Part shown: positions 39,447 through 44,219 of the stretch, one piece after another | How positions within the stretch are numbered: the first letter of the stretch is position 1 | Layout: every line of letters starts with the position of its first letter | Sequence record: SRR31156797_3249 | Length of the DNA: 44,219 nucleotides | Strand: one strand, 5' to 3' | Translations under genes and position numbers: made by a program | The notes under the pieces: generated by a model | The model's input: the letters and a program-made list of their open reading frames with translations, nothing else | What the model was told of the DNA's origin: nothing | Databases searched by the model: none

Positions 39447-40076
39447 ATGGACTCGACCTACACTATCATCATCGCGGATGATCACCCGCTTTTCAGAAAT
39501 GCACTGTTTCAATCTGTCCATATGGCAATTAGCGGTGCGAATTTACTTGAAGCTGATTCACTCGATGCTTTGCTGGCTCTATTAGAAAAAGACTCAGAAC
39601 CCGATCTGCTATTGCTGGACTTAAAAATGCCCGGTGCGAACGGCATGTCTGGTTTAATTCATTTGCGGGCTGAATACCCTGACTTACCGATAGTGGTAGT
39701 CTCTGCCAGTGAAGAAGCGTCTGTCGTGTCCCAAGTGAAAAGCCACGGTGCATTTGGCTTTATACCAAAATCAAGTGACATGCGTGCTCTCATCAGTGCC
39801 TTAACTCAGGTACTCAATGGTGAACCGTATTTCCCTGAAGGATTAATCACGAATAATGATGCTTGTAATGATCTCGCAAGCAAAATTGCGACGCTAACAC
39901 CTCAGCAATATAAAGTATTGGGGATGCTTTCAGATGGCCTACTCAACAAGCAGATTGCTTATGAGTTGAATGTTTCGGAAGCCACCATCAAAGCACATAT
40001 GACGGCGATCTTCCGAAAACTTGGGGTTAAAAGTCGAACACAAGCCGTTATCTTATTAAAAGAGTTACACGACTAG
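39447..40076 (+). CDS. NarL/LuxR-family response regulator, CrbR/ErdR-like
   Basis: IIADDHPLFR, LLLDLKMPG, FIPKS, LTPQQ..VL, NKQIAYEL.VSEATIKAHMT. CrbR identity inferred from sequence type and the nearby acetate symporter; start is ATG 39447 or GTG 39435. Confidence 0.85.
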   Translation: MDSTYTIIIADDHPLFRNALFQSVHMAISGANLLEADSLDALLALLEKDSEPDLLLLDLKMPGANGMSGLIHLRAEYPDLPIVVVSASEEASVVSQVKSHGAFGFIPKSSDMRALISALTQVLNGEPYFPEGLITNNDACNDLASKIATLTPQQYKVLGMLSDGLLNKQIAYELNVSEATIKAHMTAIFRKLGVKSRTQAVILLKELHD

Positions 40077-40078
40077 CG

Positions 40079-41827
40079 TTATTCTCCTGATACCGCACTA
40101 CTCTCTTCTTCTGCTGGCAAGCGTAGACCTATCTTAGTCGCTTGCCAGTCGACCACATCCGCGACAACCCAATGCAGACCTGACCACTCAAACTGGTCAC
40201 CCAGTACTGGTGTGCTTCCAAGGTGCTCAGTCACGAGATCTTTAAGCGTCATATCCGCTCGGTGCTCACTTAGGTCCAGACCGTAAATGAGTGCAACATC
40301 GGCCAATTTAGATTCAATATCTAAGAAGAAGTCACCAAAGAAACGTTCAAATGACGCTTTAACTGGCGCTTCGCTAAACAATCGGCTCAGTGCTTCTAAG
40401 TCTTTTTCCTGCGCGACGACGCAAAGAATATCCTTCGCTTCTAAACGTGTACTTCCTGTCGGATGCAGTAGCGTTTTGTCACGAAACAGTGCCGCAATGC
40501 GCGTACCGTCAGGCATAAATAGGTTGCGAATCGGTTCGCCGATGCACCACTTCTCTTTCTGCAGTTGATAAACAAACAGTTCCCACTCACTGGTTGGGTA
40601 GACTTCTAGTCCAGAGCGAGAGATTGGCTCTGGTTTAGAAGGCAGTTCGACTTTCGCCAGACTCATCGCTTTGGTCAGCGAGCCGCCCTGAACAATCAAC
40701 GAGACCATAACAACGAAAAACGCTAAGTTGAAATACAACTGAGCATCAGGTAAACCAGCCATCATTGGGAATACGGCCAGAATGATGGGTACGGCACCAC
40801 GTAGTCCAACCCAAGAGATAAACCATTTCTCTTTGGAAGTGAAACTGGTGAACGGTAGCAAGCTTATCCATACCGATATAGGACGAGCAAACAGAATCAT
40901 GCCGAAAGCTAAAGCTAAGCCAGGCACGGCAATGGTTAATAAGTTCGATGGTGTAACCAATAAGCCAAGCACTAAGAACATGCCAATTTGAGCTAGCCAC
41001 GTCATTCCATCCAATACATTAAGAATGGAATGACGACATCTGGTTGGCCGATTCCCTAGCAAGAGACCGACCAAATAGATAGATAAGATACCACTTCCAC
41101 CTAAAGCATTGGACAGCGCAAAAATCATTAACCCACCACTGACCGTCAGAATAGAATAGAGTCCCTCTGGAAGCTTACTGTGATTAATGATCTTCCATAA
41201 TAACCAACCGCCCGATAAACCAAGTAGCGCACCAACGCCAAATTGTTGAGTGAAGTTCATGGCAAGAAAACTGAGACTAAAATCGCCACTTGCACTGCCT
41301 AAAATAGCAATCATGGTAACGGTTAAAAACACCGCCATCGGGTCATTGGTACCCGATTCAATTTCCAGTGTTGAGCCAACACGCTCATTAAGGCTGCGCC
41401 CTTTAAGTAATGAAAACACGGCCGCTGCATCGGTTGACCCCACGATAGCGCCAACAAGAATGCCTTGCATTAGCGACAAATCGAATAACCAAGTCGCTAA
41501 CGCGCCGGTAATTAATGTAGTAATGGCAACACCAAAGGTCGCCAGAGAGACAGAGGGCCAAAACGCAACTTTAAAACTGGCAACCCGTGTTCTCATACCA
41601 CCATCAAGTAAGATAATCGCGAGCGCTAAGTTGCTGACTAAATAGGCTAATGGGTAGTTATCAAATAAAATACCACCCGGACCGTCTTCGCCCGCAAACA
41701 TCCCCACAACCAAAAATACCAATAGGATTGGAATCCCGAGCTTAGAAGACACGGGACTTAACAGCACACTCAATGCAATCAATAGTGCGCCAACAAGAAA
41801 AAAGCTATTTATCGCGGTTGCATCCAA
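40079..41827 (-). CDS. cvrA: K+/H+ antiporter NhaP2 (CvrA)
   Basis: [40 protein letters not shown]-terminal TrkA_C and CorC-like domains. Confidence 0.93.
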   Translation of the reverse strand: MDATAINSFFLVGALLIALSVLLSPVSSKLGIPILLVFLVVGMFAGEDGPGGILFDNYPLAYLVSNLALAIILLDGGMRTRVASFKVAFWPSVSLATFGVAITTLITGALATWLFDLSLMQGILVGAIVGSTDAAAVFSLLKGRSLNERVGSTLEIESGTNDPMAVFLTVTMIAILGSASGDFSLSFLAMNFTQQFGVGALLGLSGGWLLWKIINHSKLPEGLYSILTVSGGLMIFALSNALGGSGILSIYLVGLLLGNRPTRCRHSILNVLDGMTWLAQIGMFLVLGLLVTPSNLLTIAVPGLALAFGMILFARPISVWISLLPFTSFTSKEKWFISWVGLRGAVPIILAVFPMMAGLPDAQLYFNLAFFVVMVSLIVQGGSLTKAMSLAKVELPSKPEPISRSGLEVYPTSEWELFVYQLQKEKWCIGEPIRNLFMPDGTRIAALFRDKTLLHPTGSTRLEAKDILCVVAQEKDLEALSRLFSEAPVKASFERFFGDFFLDIESKLADVALIYGLDLSEHRADMTLKDLVTEHLGSTPVLGDQFEWSGLHWVVADVVDWQATKIGLRLPAEEESSAVSGE

Positions 41828-42113
41828 TCTTTCACCTTCCTAACTAAAACGACTCATCAAGTATCAATGCTCTCTCATTGTGCACATTTTTCTTACAAGC
41901 GTAAGAAAAGTCTGTGTAAAGAGTTTTAACACTTAATGAATTAAGCATAGATGAGGGGAAAAATAGCCGTGTTGTGTTTAAAACAAGGATATTTTTACGC
42001 TTTCCTCTCCACGACCTTATACTTTTGGCTAATTTAACAGTAAATTAACATTCTCAAAATTAGTAACAAGCAAACAAAGTAAATAAAAACAACAAGTTAA
42101 AAATAACCACCCA

Positions 42114-42157
42114 CAGACTAAAGTTGCACAGATCCCTTGCCCCAACACTGCTAATCT
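42114..42157 (+). promoter_or_regulatory. Candidate CrbR-type activator site plus extended -10 promoter of the DUF4212-symporter operon
   Basis: CAGAC-TAAA-GTTGC (42114-27) about 43 bp upstream of the start predicted from TGcTAATCT (42149-57). Confidence 0.45.
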
Positions 42158-42207
42158 ATGAATCGTAACATTGCGTTAACACAACATCTAACAGGAAGGA
42201 GAAGGCC

Positions 42208-42474
42208 ATGGCGTTCGAATCAACAGAACATGCTCAAGCCTACTGGAAAGAAAACTTGGGGATTATGGGATCACTGCTTGCAGTTTGGTTCCTCGTATCA
42301 TACTGCGCTGGCGTTTTATTCGTTGATGCGCTCAACACGATTCACTTAGGCGGATTTAAGCTTGGATTCTGGTTTGCACAACAGGGCTCAATCTACACCT
42401 TTGTCGCCTTAATCTTTATTTACGTTGCGCGCATGAATGCGCTCGACAAGAAATATAACGTACATGAAGACTAA
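42208..42474 (+). CDS. DUF4212 small membrane partner of the solute:sodium symporter
   Basis: AYWKEN, GFKLGFWFAQQGSI, MNALDKKY; strong AGGAG SD. Confidence 0.9.
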   Translation: MAFESTEHAQAYWKENLGIMGSLLAVWFLVSYCAGVLFVDALNTIHLGGFKLGFWFAQQGSIYTFVALIFIYVARMNALDKKYNVHED

Positions 42475-42486
42475 GAGGTTTTAGAA

Positions 42487-44190
42487 ATGGATATTCAAAC
42501 TTGGACGTTTATATTAGTCGGCATTTCTTTCGCCCTCTATATTGGCATCGCAATTTGGGCTCGTGCAGGATCAACCAGTGAGTTCTACGTAGCGGGCGGC
42601 GGTGTACACCCAGTCGCAAACGGTATGGCGACAGCAGCTGACTGGATGTCAGCGGCGTCTTTCATCTCAATGGCAGGTATCATCTCATTCATCGGTTACG
42701 ATGGTGCGGTTTACCTCATGGGTTGGACAGGCGGCTACGTTCTACTTGCACTTTGTTTAGCACCTTACCTACGTAAATTCGGTCAGTTTACTGTGCCTGA
42801 TTTCATCGGTGAGCGTTACTACTCAAAAACAGCGCGTATGGTAGCGGTATTCTGTGCGATCTTCGTATCGTTTACATACGTTGCTGGCCAAATGCGTGGT
42901 GTAGGTGTGGTGTTCTCTCGCTTCCTTGAAGTAGACATCAACATGGGCATCATCATTGGTATGGCTATCGTATTCTTCTACGCCGTACTTGGTGGCATGA
43001 AAGGCATCACTTATACGCAGGTAGCTCAGTTCTGTGTTCTCATTTTCGCCTTCCTTGTTCCAGCAATCTTTACGTCAATCATGATGACAGGTAACCCACT
43101 ACCGCAAATCGGCATGGGTTCAACCGTTGCAGGTTCCGATGTTTACCTGCTTGATAAACTGGACGGCTTAACCCAAGAGCTCGGATTTACCGCCTATACC
43201 GAAGGTAACAAGAGCATGGTGGATGTATTCTTCATCTGTGCAGCTCTAATGGTGGGTACTGCGGGTCTACCTCACGTAATTATCCGTTTCTTCACAGTAC
43301 CAAAAGTACGTGATGCTCGTATCTCTGCGGGTTGGGCACTACTGTTCATCTCTCTACTTTATACAACAGCACCAGGTGTTGCAGCGTTTGCACGTGTAAA
43401 CATGATCGACACCATCAACGGTCCAGACATGCAAGGTGTTCCGGGTGAAGAAGCACCAAGCTGGTATAAAAACTGGGAAAGCACTGGCCTAGTCGGCTGG
43501 GAAGATAAGAATGGCGATGGCCGTATGTTCTACTCTGGCGACGAGCGTAACGAGATGAGCATCAACCGTGACATCATCGTACTGGCTTCTCCTGAGTTAG
43601 CTAAACTGCCTAACTGGGTTGTAGGTCTACTAGCAGCAGGTGGTCTGGCAGCAGCACTATCAACAGCAGCAGGTCTACTACTGGTAATCTCGACTTCAAT
43701 TTCGCATGACTTGTTGAAGAAAGGCTTTAGACCAAACATGACCGATAAACAAGAACTACTGGCAGCACGTCTGGCCGCAGTTGTTGCTATCGTTGGTGCG
43801 GGTTACTTGGGTATTAACCCTCCAGGCTTCGTAGCGCAGGTGGTCGCATTCGCCTTCGGCTTGGCGGCGGCATCCTTCTTCCCTGCCATCATCTTGGGTA
43901 TTTTCTACAAGAAGATGAACAAAGAAGGTGCTATTGCAGGTATGGTTGCGGGTATCGCATTTACTGCAGCGTACATCATCTACTTCAAGTTTGTGAACCC
44001 AGCAGCAAGCACACCGGACAACTGGTTCTTCGGCATCAGCCCAGAAGGTATCGGTACTCTAGGTATGTGTCTGAACTTCGTAGTTTCTATCGTTGTGAAC
44101 AAGTTCACCGCTGAAGTACCAACCGAAGTACAAGACATGGTTGAATCTATCCGTTTCCCTAAAGGTGCGGGTGAAGCTCACGACCATTAA
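42487..44190 (+). CDS. Sodium:solute symporter, ActP-like (probable acetate/monocarboxylate permease)
   Basis: FYVAGG, NGMATAADWMSAASF, GGMKGITYTQV, GTAGLPHVIIRFF, AAALSTAAGLL; coupled to DUF4212. Confidence 0.9.
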   Translation: MDIQTWTFILVGISFALYIGIAIWARAGSTSEFYVAGGGVHPVANGMATAADWMSAASFISMAGIISFIGYDGAVYLMGWTGGYVLLALCLAPYLRKFGQFTVPDFIGERYYSKTARMVAVFCAIFVSFTYVAGQMRGVGVVFSRFLEVDINMGIIIGMAIVFFYAVLGGMKGITYTQVAQFCVLIFAFLVPAIFTSIMMTGNPLPQIGMGSTVAGSDVYLLDKLDGLTQELGFTAYTEGNKSMVDVFFICAALMVGTAGLPHVIIRFFTVPKVRDARISAGWALLFISLLYTTAPGVAAFARVNMIDTINGPDMQGVPGEEAPSWYKNWESTGLVGWEDKNGDGRMFYSGDERNEMSINRDIIVLASPELAKLPNWVVGLLAAGGLAAALSTAAGLLLVISTSISHDLLKKGFRPNMTDKQELLAARLAAVVAIVGAGYLGINPPGFVAQVVAFAFGLAAASFFPAIILGIFYKKMNKEGAIAGMVAGIAFTAAYIIYFKFVNPAASTPDNWFFGISPEGIGTLGMCLNFVVSIVVNKFTAEVPTEVQDMVESIRFPKGAGEAHDH

Positions 44191-44219
44191 TACCAATCTG
44201 GATAAGTTAATGTTCAGAT

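Noticed and set aside
42158-42349. 63-aa ORF overlapping the DUF4212 start
   Set aside because: Begins at or before the predicted transcription start, has no SD, and is out of frame with a well-supported gene.

Overview
A 44-kb stretch of a Vibrio chromosome, judged from gene order and protein sequences (species not determinable here). About 35 kb is conserved housekeeping backbone: rraA-menA-hslUV-ftsN-cytR-priA / rpmE-malic enzyme / metJ-metBL-metF / zapB-glpX / pfkA-fieF-cpxP / cpxRA-trmL / fxsA / a membrane diguanylate cyclase, then aspA-dcuA-dsbD, a CrbR-like LuxR regulator, cvrA(nhaP2), DUF4212 and an ActP-like symporter. Between the cyclase and aspA (~25.5-34.2 kb) lies the most distinctive block. 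It is an arginine deiminase module (YfcC-type arcD, arcA, arcC, arcB) followed by a pyrL-attenuated pyrBI operon and a local ArgR paralogue, with long AT-rich spacers. I found no mobile element, CRISPR array, rRNA or tRNA, and no system I can call wholly new. The best candidate for undescribed biology is the regulatory logic of the arc-pyr block. The same non-canonical ARG-like operator (one box plus a second TG half-site 19 bp on) precedes arcD, arcA and pyrBI. The local ArgR has Asn in place of an arginine-binding Asp (GNDT versus GDDT). FNR-type sites are present, and an unannotated 34-codon leader peptide with an attenuator precedes pyrB. Gene names rest on motif recognition and synteny recalled from memory, not on database searches.
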